Shown: one piece after another, positions 56,449 to 64,000 of the stretch
Layout: each line of letters begins with the position of its first letter
Numbering within the stretch: position 1 is the stretch's first letter
Source of the DNA: an uncultured Candidatus Saccharibacteria bacterium
GTDB taxonomy: Bacteria; Patescibacteriota; Doudnabacteria; UBA920
DNA length: 64,000 bases
Direction: 5' to 3'
Assembly: GCA_964416765.1 (NCBI GenBank)
Contig: CAYQEU010000001.1
Coordinates: 549,357-613,356 of the forward strand
The notes under the pieces: model-generated
Seen by the model: the letters and a program-made list of their open reading frames with translations, nothing else
What the model was told of the DNA's origin: nothing
Databases searched by the model: none
Program-made: the position numbers and the translations under genes

Positions 56449-56991
56449 ATGAGCAGACTTCGAGAGGGAATCTATCTAGGCATAATCATAATTCTGCTGG
56501 CCGCCTGCATCAGCCTGGGCTACAGCAACGTGTGGGTGCCGCAAAACGACGCCAAGGTTTTCTATAACCGGGACACCGGACTTGATGACCAAGTTATGGG
56601 CGTTATCCAAAGCGCGGATAAGTACGTCTATTTCGGCATATACACTTTCACTAAAACTGACATTAAAGATGCCTTGCTCGGAGCCAAACATCGAGGCCTG
56701 GACGTGCAAGGTGTCACCGACAAGCAGCAATACGCGGCAATAGATGCCCAGAAAAAAATAATTGATGAGCTGCGTGCCGCGGGCATCCCCATTGCGGTGC
56801 AAACCCACAGCGCCATAATGCACGTAAAGCTCATTGTCACGGATAAGGGCTACGCCTCGGGTTCCTACAACTGGACGGCCAGCGCGACCAAAGAAAACGA
56901 TGAAGTTCTCGAAGTGGGCCATACTGAAATCGTACGGAAACAATATTACCAAATCATACGACATATACTCCGAGAATACCCGCCCGCATAA
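56449..56991 (+). CDS. Membrane-anchored phospholipase D-like (Nuc-type) nuclease
   Basis: N-terminal TM; single HKD motif (MHVKLIVTD...GSYNWT); start is 1 nt after the smpB stop. Confidence 0.65.
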   Translation: MSRLREGIYLGIIIILLAACISLGYSNVWVPQNDAKVFYNRDTGLDDQVMGVIQSADKYVYFGIYTFTKTDIKDALLGAKHRGLDVQGVTDKQQYAAIDAQKKIIDELRAAGIPIAVQTHSAIMHVKLIVTDKGYASGSYNWTASATKENDEVLEVGHTEIVRKQYYQIIRHILREYPPA

Positions 56992-57011
56992 TAATATGCT
57001 AAAATAACTTT

Positions 57012-57290
57012 ATGGATCACAATAGCTTAGTCGATATCTTCTTTACCCTCACCGGTGTCGCGGTAATCATTATCACCATTTTGATTGCCATCATCGCCAT
57101 CTATGTTATAAGCGTTTTTCGAACCGTACGCCGCATCGTACGCACAGCGGAATTCGCGGCCAACGTGGTTAAAGAAGATTTTGGAGAATTGAGGACTAAC
57201 CTCAAAGAGCAGGGGCTAAACTTTTTCGCTTTCGCGAATTTCTTCAAGAATATTGCCAAAAAGCGCATCATTCCAAACCGAAAAAAATAA
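57012..57290 (+). CDS. DUF948 (YtxG-like) small membrane protein
   Basis: 92 aa, single N-terminal TM then a charged helix. Extended -10 TGCTAAAAT lies 6 nt before the ATG. Confidence 0.45.
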   Translation: MDHNSLVDIFFTLTGVAVIIITILIAIIAIYVISVFRTVRRIVRTAEFAANVVKEDFGELRTNLKEQGLNFFAFANFFKNIAKKRIIPNRKK

Positions 57291-57306
57291 TTAACAAAAC
57301 AATATT

Positions 57307-57768
57307 ATGGCTTTAAAAAAGTCCCAAAAAACCGCAGTAGCGGTAGGTGCCGGTTTAGCCGGACTCGCTGCCACAGCCGCCGGCGTTTACTTCATGACCG
57401 GCAAGAACGCCAAGAACCGCAAGAAGCTTGCCACCTGGGCAGGCAAGATGCAGAAGGAAGTTCTCACTGAACTCCACAAAATGGAAAAGGCAACCAAGGC
57501 AAATTACAATAAGGTAATTGATACCGCCGCCAAAAACTACAAGACCCTGAAGTCCGTCAGCCCGGTCGAATTGGCCGCGCTGGCCAACGAGATGAAAGGC
57601 CACTGGGATTCCATTCAGCAGGAAATGCAGATGGCAGCTTCCAAGGTCCGTAAGGTAGTGCCACGCAGCGCCAAGCGCCCCAAGGCCAAAGTCGCGGTAA
57701 AGAAGGCCCCTGCCCGCAAGACCGCCGCAAAGAAACCGGCAGCAAAAAAAGCCACCCGTCGGAAGTAG
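57307..57768 (+). CDS. YtxH-like protein with Lys/Ala-rich histone-H1-like C-terminal tail
   Basis: N-terminal AVGAGLAGLAATAAGVYFMTGKNAKNRKK (YtxH signature), C-terminal KAKVAVKKAPARKTAAKKPAAKKATRRK. Confidence 0.5.
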   Translation: MALKKSQKTAVAVGAGLAGLAATAAGVYFMTGKNAKNRKKLATWAGKMQKEVLTELHKMEKATKANYNKVIDTAAKNYKTLKSVSPVELAALANEMKGHWDSIQQEMQMAASKVRKVVPRSAKRPKAKVAVKKAPARKTAAKKPAAKKATRRK

Positions 57769-57780
57769 AAACATAAATTT

Positions 57781-57808
57781 AAAATCCCCCATACGGGGGA
57801 TTTTTTTA
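57781..57808. terminator. Bidirectional intrinsic terminator
   Basis: AAATCCCCC-ATAC-GGGGGATTT flanked by T-runs; shared by convergent genes. Confidence 0.6.
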
Positions 57809-58420
57809 TTCTGCTTTTTCGGGAAGAAACTCCGTCAGCCTGGCAGCAGCCTCGGGGATTTGTGCCGCCCGGGAACCATATATTTGCTCCAGTTTCAGGG
57901 TTAACCCATGGACATCACCAAAGTTATAAAAGTCCTGCTGCGTTGGGTACATGCGCTTAAACTTTGTAAAATCTTGGATAGTCATGTTCTGGGCCAGGTC
58001 ATAGTTGTTATGGACACAGTGCGCTATTATAGATTTTGCGTACCCGTTATCCTGGATTTCTTTCCATTGCTGTTCAGTGACGTATTCCTGCGCGGAATCC
58101 GGGATAGTGAGTTCACCGGTTGGGAATTGTTCCATCAGCGAATCGCGGGCCTCGCGGAGGCGCTGGAGCTGGGCATCGTACTGCCCCACTGGAACCAGGT
58201 CGAACTCTGCCCCGCCCTTCGGAAAATTATCGGCATTGCCAGTCATGGGATAGGTCGGACTTTTGCCGCTCAAGTCAGCCAGCCGCGCCACTTTGGCGTC
58301 ATATGCTTTCTGGACTTCATTGGCCGTGGGATTGGGATTATCAATACCCAAAATCTCTAACGGTGATTTTGCGCTTTCAACCTCACTTGCGGCCGGATGG
58401 CCAAATTCTGATTCAGACAT
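57806..58420 (-). CDS. Hypothetical protein
   Basis: 204 aa, acidic, no TM. Weak J-domain-like N-terminal resemblance but no HPD motif. Confidence 0.4.
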   Translation of the reverse strand: MSESEFGHPAASEVESAKSPLEILGIDNPNPTANEVQKAYDAKVARLADLSGKSPTYPMTGNADNFPKGGAEFDLVPVGQYDAQLQRLREARDSLMEQFPTGELTIPDSAQEYVTEQQWKEIQDNGYAKSIIAHCVHNNYDLAQNMTIQDFTKFKRMYPTQQDFYNFGDVHGLTLKLEQIYGSRAAQIPEAAARLTEFLPEKAE

Positions 58421-58471
58421 ATAGTAAGTTTAGTAAGGTTATTATACCAAAATAGGCTGGTTGTGAGGATC

Positions 58472-58500
58472 TTGACAAAATGCCCAAAAAGGTGTATAAT
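58472..58500 (+). promoter_or_regulatory. Consensus sigma-70 promoter TTGACA-N17-TATAAT driving tmRNA
   Basis: -35 TTGACA 58472..58477; 17-nt spacer; -10 TATAAT 58495..58500. The mature tmRNA 5' end is 10 nt downstream. Confidence 0.75.
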
Positions 58501-58510
58501 ATGTATTCAT

Positions 58511-58902
58511 GGGGATGCCGGATTTTGACAAGACGGAAACCTCAATTGATATGCAAGACGAGCAAGCATTCTAACTCGCAAATCTGGTATGCAACAATAA
58601 ATGCTAACGCATTTTCTAAGGTAAAGGAAGCTATGGCTTTGGCCTTCGCTCCTGTACCTGTACTCGCCTAACATAACTGGCTAGTACCCTGGCCCTCAGG
58701 TCTCCCTGCTTGAGGACCACCAGGTTCATTTTGGGATATAGCTTTATGGTTTGATTTACGCCGTAAAGTGGAACATTGGTAAATCAACTTTTGTTCTTAG
58801 CTGTCCACCGCTTGGGCAAAAGTACTTTGATGGACTAATCTTGTGACCAATCAGTTTGGGAATTTGTTTTGGACGCGAGTTTAACTCTCGCCATCTCCAC
58901 CA
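58511..58902 (+). ncRNA. ssrA: tmRNA (SsrA), ~392 nt including encoded CCA
   Basis: 5' GGGGATGCCGGATTTTGACAAGACGG and 3' GGACGCGAGTTTAACTCTCGCCATCTCCACCA closely match the E. coli tmRNA termini. Acceptor pairing GGGGATG/CATCTCC, T-arm GCGAG-TTTAACT-CTCGC. UCGCAAA resume-codon context, as in E. coli. Confidence 0.85.
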
Positions 58903-58992
58903 AAATAGGTTTGCCTAGCCCGCAGGGCGCAGGCAAAGCGAGATTTTGGTAGGATGCTGAGCCGAAGGCGAAGCGCCACCAAATAATTTTTA

Positions 58993-59018
58993 AACCGCGT
59001 TTCAGCGGTTTTGTTATA
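58993..59018 (+). terminator. Intrinsic terminator downstream of tmRNA
   Basis: AACCGC-GTTTCA-GCGGTT followed by TTGTTATATT. Confidence 0.45.
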
Positions 59019-59028
59019 TTATAACTAC

Positions 59029-59457
59029 ATGACACTTTCTCCTTTAACCAAACAGGCCATTACACACACCTTACACTGTCTTCTTGGGTGTTCCATTGGA
59101 GAGGTGGGCGGCATGGCAATAGGCACGGCATTCCACTGGCACAATATCACCATGACAATTGTGTCCATTGCGCTCTCCTTTGTTTTCGGGTATTTACTTA
59201 CCACTCTTTCCCTGGTTAAGAAAGGCTCCCAGATAAAGCAGGCTGTGAAAGCCGCCGTCGCTACCGATACCGTGTCAATCATCTCCATGGAATTGATTGA
59301 CAATGTTTTTGTTTGGTTAATACCTGGGGCATTGGATGCCACATTAAACCAACCATTGTTTTGGCTGAGCCTCTTAGCCTCTTTAGTGGTTGCTTTCTCT
59401 TTGACTGTTCCCGTGAACCGTTGGTTCATAGCCGAAAAGGGTCATTCGCACCACTAG
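59029..59457 (+). CDS. DUF4396 domain membrane protein
   Basis: HCLLGCSIGEV motif and 4 TM helices. ATG at 59029 preferred because the track start at 59011 is TTG inside the terminator. Confidence 0.55.
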   Translation: MTLSPLTKQAITHTLHCLLGCSIGEVGGMAIGTAFHWHNITMTIVSIALSFVFGYLLTTLSLVKKGSQIKQAVKAAVATDTVSIISMELIDNVFVWLIPGALDATLNQPLFWLSLLASLVVAFSLTVPVNRWFIAEKGHSHH

Positions 59458-59511
59458 CCCTCTCTCCAATCCCCGGACACGCAAGCGTTGGGGCATGTTA
59501 TAATTATTTCT

Positions 59512-59862
59512 ATGAATAACTTACAAGATGTATTTAGCAGAATCCGCGAAACGCGGGTCAAAGCAAAACAGATTCGCGCCATGTATAAAGACTCCCTGGC
59601 GCAACACCCCGAGTACAAAACCATAGTGGAAAAAATAGACGCTCTGAAAGAGCAGAAGAAGCAGATTGAAACCCAGGTTAAAGACGACCAGCTGGCGGAA
59701 TTCCAGAAGCTAGATGCATACAAAATGCACGTTAAGAATGATTTAGAGATGCTGTCGGACTTGGCTTTAAATCAGTTAGTTTCGGGCGAGACCGTGGAGG
59801 TTGTTGACGAAGACAATAACAAATACGAACCTTTGTTCACGGTTAAGTTTAAGAAAGCATAA
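59512..59862 (+). CDS. Hypothetical coiled-coil protein
   Basis: ATG at 59512 (MNNLQDVF...) is preceded by TATAAT-TATTTCT, so it is probably leaderless. The track start at 59488 is TTG. Confidence 0.4.
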   Translation: MNNLQDVFSRIRETRVKAKQIRAMYKDSLAQHPEYKTIVEKIDALKEQKKQIETQVKDDQLAEFQKLDAYKMHVKNDLEMLSDLALNQLVSGETVEVVDEDNNKYEPLFTVKFKKA

Positions 59863-59873
59863 ATATAGATTAA

Positions 59874-59897
59874 AAAACCGCCCGTGTGGGCGGTTTT
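59874..59897. terminator. Bidirectional intrinsic terminator
   Basis: AAAACCGCCC-GTGT-GGGCGGTTTT, shared by convergent genes. Confidence 0.55.
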
Positions 59898-59909
59898 TAT
59901 ATATTTGTT

Positions 59910-62900
59910 TTACTCCCAATTTAGTTCCCCAACCGGGCGGGTGGAAAGAACTTTGGTTTGGGAAAGTTTAGTGTCTGAAGAGTTTACTTTGACTGCCTTG
60001 GTGTAGTCATATCCCCAGGAAGCCAAGACATCCATGGAAGGGATGCCGACCAGGCCGTCTTTGCCCATTAGCTGAAGAGTTTTGCCGTTTAGCACCAAAG
60101 TACCCTTTCGGTGAGCCTCGGTGGAACTGTCGATATTAGAATCGCTGGCCATGAAGGACACATCACCGGTCTTGGCAGTGGTGAAACTAAAGCCTAAAGC
60201 TTTAAACACCGCAGCAGAGGTAAAGGCTGCCTTCTTGCCGTCAGTAATGAGATAGCAGGTGCCCTTGTCAGATCCCCTGTCAGAACAGATGATGCTGCCG
60301 TCACGGGGGGGAATATACGAGCCGGCGGAAAGGGCCAGGTCACCTTCTTGCGCGATCGCTACGTTAGCAAAGGTGTTGAAACCGTAAGACAAGAAAGCGG
60401 CGGCGGAAGTGTAAGCCCGGCGAGTGCCGTCTTTGGTGATGGTATAAATGGTTCCGTCAGATAACTTTACGTTTGCTCCGGTCGCGCTACGGGCAGAAGG
60501 CACAGTAGGAGTTTTCGGAACTGCCGGAGCTGCTGGTGCGGGACCACCTCCGGAGGATGCGGGGGCATTGCCCATAAGGCTAAACATCGAGAAGCTGGAA
60601 GTATTACAAGTGACAGTATTAGCTGTTGTATCAACCACGCACCCTGTTAGAGGAGTCCAAGCACCACCACTGTAGTGGTAGATGACCAGGGAGGTTTCGT
60701 TAATTCCGGACACGTCGGCATCATCGTACGTAATTGTAATGGAAAGCGGGACCGAGAATGAGGTGACGGCTGTTGAGGGTCCGGTCAGGGATTTTAATTC
60801 GTACGTATGGGTGCCTGCTGCCAGGAATCCGTTTGGTAGGCCTACAGCGTTCAAAGCACTTGTGGAATCCAGCTTTAAGATCTGGAAAGTCGCGTCACTA
60901 CCCACGGCGTGGGCAGGAACATCCAACGACAAGCCGGTGCCGCCGCTGGTCAGCTGGACGTTGCCACCGCTGGAGTCGGTTACCGGATTAGAGGTACTGC
61001 TGGTCACCGTAGAGGAACCGGTACAACCGCTGGTGGTAAAGGTATGGTCAGTATCGGTCGCTAAATTACCAGTAGCGTCATTGGAACGGACGCGGTAATG
61101 GTAAGTAGTACAAGCTACCAAGGAAGGTAAATTCACTGTGTGGCTGGTTACCCGGGGAGCGGTGTCGGTTTCAGATGTTGTACTGCCGTAGCTAGCGCTC
61201 AAGCCATAGTTAACAATGGAAGAAGAAGCTTCGTTGGTAGACCAACTAATGGAAGCAGAGGTTGTCCCGGCGGATGCGGCAGTAGAAGAAATCACCGGCG
61301 CGGTGGAATCTACCGTAATTGGCTCGTCAAAGTGCACGGCCCAGTTGTATAAAGTATTGCCATACGATGAAGTAGTTGGGTCAGTGTCGCGTAGGTTTCC
61401 TCCAGCGGCCCCTGCGGAATGAGACCCGGCATCCACGCCGGCTGTACCCGTGTAAGCGTAACGCAAGCGCTGGTTAGACCCGGTCGGGGTTTGGTTCAAT
61501 GTTATGGCGACGGTGTCATCGCTTACGATTGCCACAGAAGTGATGGATGCCGAGGAAGTGCTGTCGAAATATTCAAATCCCTTGTTGGCAATGGCCTGTT
61601 CGATGGTCGTGTCGAAAGCCAAAACGCCGGCTGGGACATGAAATTTCGCGTAAATGACGTTGCTGCTGCGAGTAATAGTCTCAGGAGACAGTGGTCGCCA
61701 ATCTTCGTGGTCAACCACAACTTTTTTTATTACCTTACCGTAGTATTCGCCCAGCCAGCGATAGCTAGCCGCGGTTAGGTGGTGTCGGTCAGAATAGTTA
61801 AAAAAGTATTTCGGGGTAACCAAATATATTTTACCCGGGTTATCGAGCGAGGCTTTATACTGATAGATAGGGATCTGTGAGGTCGGAGTGTTAGCGTAAG
61901 AAGAGAAGTATGAGCTCATCTGGTCAATAAAGAATGGGATAGTGCCGCTCTGCCCGGTGATTGCTTTATAATCGGTTTCCATGTCGTGCTGCCATTCAAC
62001 GAGATAGCCTTCGTACGTAGGACCGCTGACACCATTAAAGTTGTCGGTCTCACCGTGGATACTGGTGGTAGCAACCACGCGGGACATTTTGCCCTGGGCG
62101 GCAGCTGCGGTCTTTACGTTGGTAACCTGGTTCAAACCGGTGCTGTACGGGCCCGTGCCCTTTTTGAGCTGGGAGTAGGTATAGCCACTAACCCCATAGT
62201 TGGTAAGCGCAATATTGTACCCATTTCCGGCGACTTTGCCGGTGATAAAGTTGGCTAAGGCACTGCCCATGGTTTCAACACCGCTTTCAACGAGCGGGGT
62301 AAAGCTGCCGCCGGCGCCCATTCCACCGCCCGCTCCGGTAAGCATGACGTTGCTGTAAGGCTGGGTGGTAGTCAGGGCCGGGGAACCGCCAACACCCACG
62401 GATAAGGACTGTCCGGTAGAAACAATTTGGTTGATGTAGTCGACTTGGGCTACCTGCGCGGAAGCCGCGCTGAGAGCCGGGGAACCGGTGGTAGGGCTTA
62501 CGCTCGCCACGGGAGTAACCTCAAACTTTAGGTATTGGCCGATGTCGTTTGTGGTAACGGTATAGCTAATTCCGGTAGCGCCCGGAATGGCAGTGTAAGT
62601 CCCGCCCGCGCTGCTGGAGCGAAGCCACCGATAAGTGGAAGTTGCCTCACTGTTCCCATTGGCATCAGCAAAAGTGTAAGTACCAGTCAAAAGCTCATCC
62701 ACTGAGGCTGTCCCGCTAATGGCCACTGAAAGCGCGGTGGGAGCAGTAGGCGTGGAAGAAATGGGGGTTGCGTTGGCTGAAGATGAAGGATCGCTAGTTC
62801 CATTGGCGTTGACCCCCATGACCCGGAAATTATAAGCTAAACCATTCGTCAGCCCGGTAACGGTGGTTGAGGTGGAAGCAGATGTCCCATCGACAAAAGT

Positions 62901-64000
62901 AGACCAGGAACCGCTGGTGCTAAGTTTATACTGGATAACGTAGTCGGTAATAGCGGCACCGTTGTCCCCTCCCGAAGCCCAGGTAAGGCCAACCTGGCCG
63001 TCGCCGGCTGTTGCGTTAAGACTGACCGGGGCAAATGGCCCCGTAAGCGGTTCGATTATTCTGACGTCATCGTAAGACGCTGTTCCCCCGCTGGATATGC
63101 CGCTGCCAATCCAGAAAGGCTTGTTGGTAAAGGTGCCGCCCGTAAGCGTAGCGCTTGCCGTACCTGAACCATTTACGTAAACCTTGGCACCCCCTGCCTG
63201 TAAGGCCACGATTTTAAAAGTTATGGGAACACCATTCGTGCACGAGGTTAAACCTGATAATGTCTGAGGGGAGTTGGCCTGGTTACTGCCGTTCAGCCAA
63301 TAGTATATTTCCCAGTTGCTCGAATTAGCCAAAAAAATGTAGGCCGCGGAGCTGCCCGTGGTGAAATCAAAATCCCCATACCCTGCCGCTACGGCAACAT
63401 TGGAACCGCAGGCAGTCCGGCTTACGGAAAATTCCATGCTAACATCCCCATTGGTGCGGTCATAAGTATCGGTGGTGTATATCCCATCTTGGGAACTCCA
63501 GGCATGGGTACCGCTCACAATATTGAGGGAGCCGTTTTGGGTGACACTGCCGGTTGTGCCTCCTAATCCTCCGGCGTCAACTTCATTCCATTTTGATGTA
63601 TCAATTGTAGTCCCGGTGAAAAAGTCGGACATTGTCACTGGAGCCGGTGTCGCGCTGATGGTGCTGGAAACAGCGCCGGTACCCACAGAGTTAACCGCTG
63701 AAACCCTAAAATCATATTGAGAATTGTTTGTTAATCCGGTAACAGTAGCCGAGGTTGAGGTTGATGTGTCGTCGGAAAAGGTGGTCCATGAGGAATCACT
63801 GTGGAGCTTGTATTCCACTATGTAGTCCGTAATGGCAGCGCCGCCGTTAGAGATTGGCGCACTCCAGGACAAAGACGACTGGGAGTTTTCACTGCTGGTG
63901 GCCGTCAAACTTTGAGGCGCGCTCGGTACGCTGAGTGCCGGTGTGGCAGTGGCCGTGGACGAAGCAGCGCCAGTGCCTACCGAGTTAACAGCCGAAACCC
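59910..64000 (-). CDS. Giant secreted multi-domain surface protein (FN3 repeats, SGNH/sialate-O-acetylesterase-like segment, C-terminal beta-rich domains); N-terminus beyond window end
   Basis: >1330 aa with no stop before the window edge. Repeated fibronectin type III-like modules (…AITDYIVEYKL…TGLTNNSQYDFRVSAVN…) and a GQS-containing esterase-like segment (IVSTGQSLSVGVGG). The DNA repeat period is ~280 nt. Confidence 0.55.
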   Translation of the reverse strand, partial: VSAVNSVGTGAASSTATATPALSVPSAPQSLTATSSENSQSSLSWSAPISNGGAAITDYIVEYKLHSDSSWTTFSDDTSTSTSATVTGLTNNSQYDFRVSAVNSVGTGAVSSTISATPAPVTMSDFFTGTTIDTSKWNEVDAGGLGGTTGSVTQNGSLNIVSGTHAWSSQDGIYTTDTYDRTNGDVSMEFSVSRTACGSNVAVAAGYGDFDFTTGSSAAYIFLANSSNWEIYYWLNGSNQANSPQTLSGLTSCTNGVPITFKIVALQAGGAKVYVNGSGTASATLTGGTFTNKPFWIGSGISSGGTASYDDVRIIEPLTGPFAPVSLNATAGDGQVGLTWASGGDNGAAITDYVIQYKLSTSGSWSTFVDGTSASTSTTVTGLTNGLAYNFRVMGVNANGTSDPSSSANATPISSTPTAPTALSVAISGTASVDELLTGTYTFADANGNSEATSTYRWLRSSSAGGTYTAIPGATGISYTVTTNDIGQYLKFEVTPVASVSPTTGSPALSAASAQVAQVDYINQIVSTGQSLSVGVGGSPALTTTQPYSNVMLTGAGGGMGAGGSFTPLVESGVETMGSALANFITGKVAGNGYNIALTNYGVSGYTYSQLKKGTGPYSTGLNQVTNVKTAAAAQGKMSRVVATTSIHGETDNFNGVSGPTYEGYLVEWQHDMETDYKAITGQSGTIPFFIDQMSSYFSSYANTPTSQIPIYQYKASLDNPGKIYLVTPKYFFNYSDRHHLTAASYRWLGEYYGKVIKKVVVDHEDWRPLSPETITRSSNVIYAKFHVPAGVLAFDTTIEQAIANKGFEYFDSTSSASITSVAIVSDDTVAITLNQTPTGSNQRLRYAYTGTAGVDAGSHSAGAAGGNLRDTDPTTSSYGNTLYNWAVHFDEPITVDSTAPVISSTAASAGTTSASISWSTNEASSSIVNYGLSASYGSTTSETDTAPRVTSHTVNLPSLVACTTYHYRVRSNDATGNLATDTDHTFTTSGCTGSSTVTSSTSNPVTDSSGGNVQLTSGGTGLSLDVPAHAVGSDATFQILKLDSTSALNAVGLPNGFLAAGTHTYELKSLTGPSTAVTSFSVPLSITITYDDADVSGINETSLVIYHYSGGAWTPLTGCVVDTTANTVTCNTSSFSMFSLMGNAPASSGGGPAPAAPAVPKTPTVPSARSATGANVKLSDGTIYTITKDGTRRAYTSAAAFLSYGFNTFANVAIAQEGDLALSAGSYIPPRDGSIICSDRGSDKGTCYLITDGKKAAFTSAAVFKALGFSFTTAKTGDVSFMASDSNIDSSTEAHRKGTLVLNGKTLQLMGKDGLVGIPSMDVLASWGYDYTKAVKVNSSDTKLSQTKVLSTRPVGELNWE

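Noticed and set aside
57806-58420. DnaJ J-domain call for the 204-aa protein
   Set aside because: The N-terminal helix pattern resembles a J-domain superficially, but the obligatory HPD tripeptide is absent.
58480-58671. 63-aa plus-strand ORF (MPKKVYNMY...)
   Set aside because: Starts inside the tmRNA promoter and spans the tmRNA 5' domain and tag-reading frame. It is the ssrA gene, not a protein gene.

Overview
This 64-kb window looks like a compact bacterial chromosome segment with housekeeping genes interleaved with a large accessory locus. By inference (archaeal-type ProRS, type-2 IleRS, many leaderless genes, many secreted Cys-rich hypothetical proteins) it probably comes from a small-genome Gram-positive-like (monoderm) lineage such as Patescibacteria/CPR; I could not verify this. 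Housekeeping genes recognised: proS (partial), rseP, frr, holB, miaA, gatCAB, lemA-htpX, recX, clpC, comFC, an ECF sigma/anti-sigma pair, recG, radA, rsmA, uvrD/pcrA, recO, ileS, argS, dedA, two glycosyltransferases, smpB, a ytxG/ytxH-like pair. RNA genes not in the ORF track: tRNA-Ser(GCT), tRNA-Ser(TGA), tRNA-Arg(CCG) and a tmRNA (ssrA, ~58511..58902) with a consensus sigma-70 promoter, 2 kb from smpB. The main accessory feature is a ~16.5-kb minus-strand operon block (21.5..38.0 kb) that resembles a monoderm-type type IV secretion (T4SS)-like apparatus, with no VirD4, VirB11 or relaxase in the window. Its recognisable parts are a split VirB4 ATPase, a VirB3/PrgI-like 2-TM protein, a 1003-aa VirB6-like polytopic protein, a membrane-anchored VirB1-like lytic transglycosylase, a DsbA-like oxidoreductase and several Cys-rich secreted hypothetical proteins. 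Other points of interest: an orphan promoter-to-terminator transcription unit just upstream of gatC (candidate sRNA or attenuator); a recurrent leaderless-gene architecture (TATAAT about 6-7 nt before ATG); a GC-rich ATP-grasp-like gene with a strong SD that looks horizontally acquired; a LysM-LysM-CHAP peptidoglycan hydrolase; and a >1300-aa FN3-repeat surface protein running off the window end. No CRISPR array, transposase or integrase was seen.
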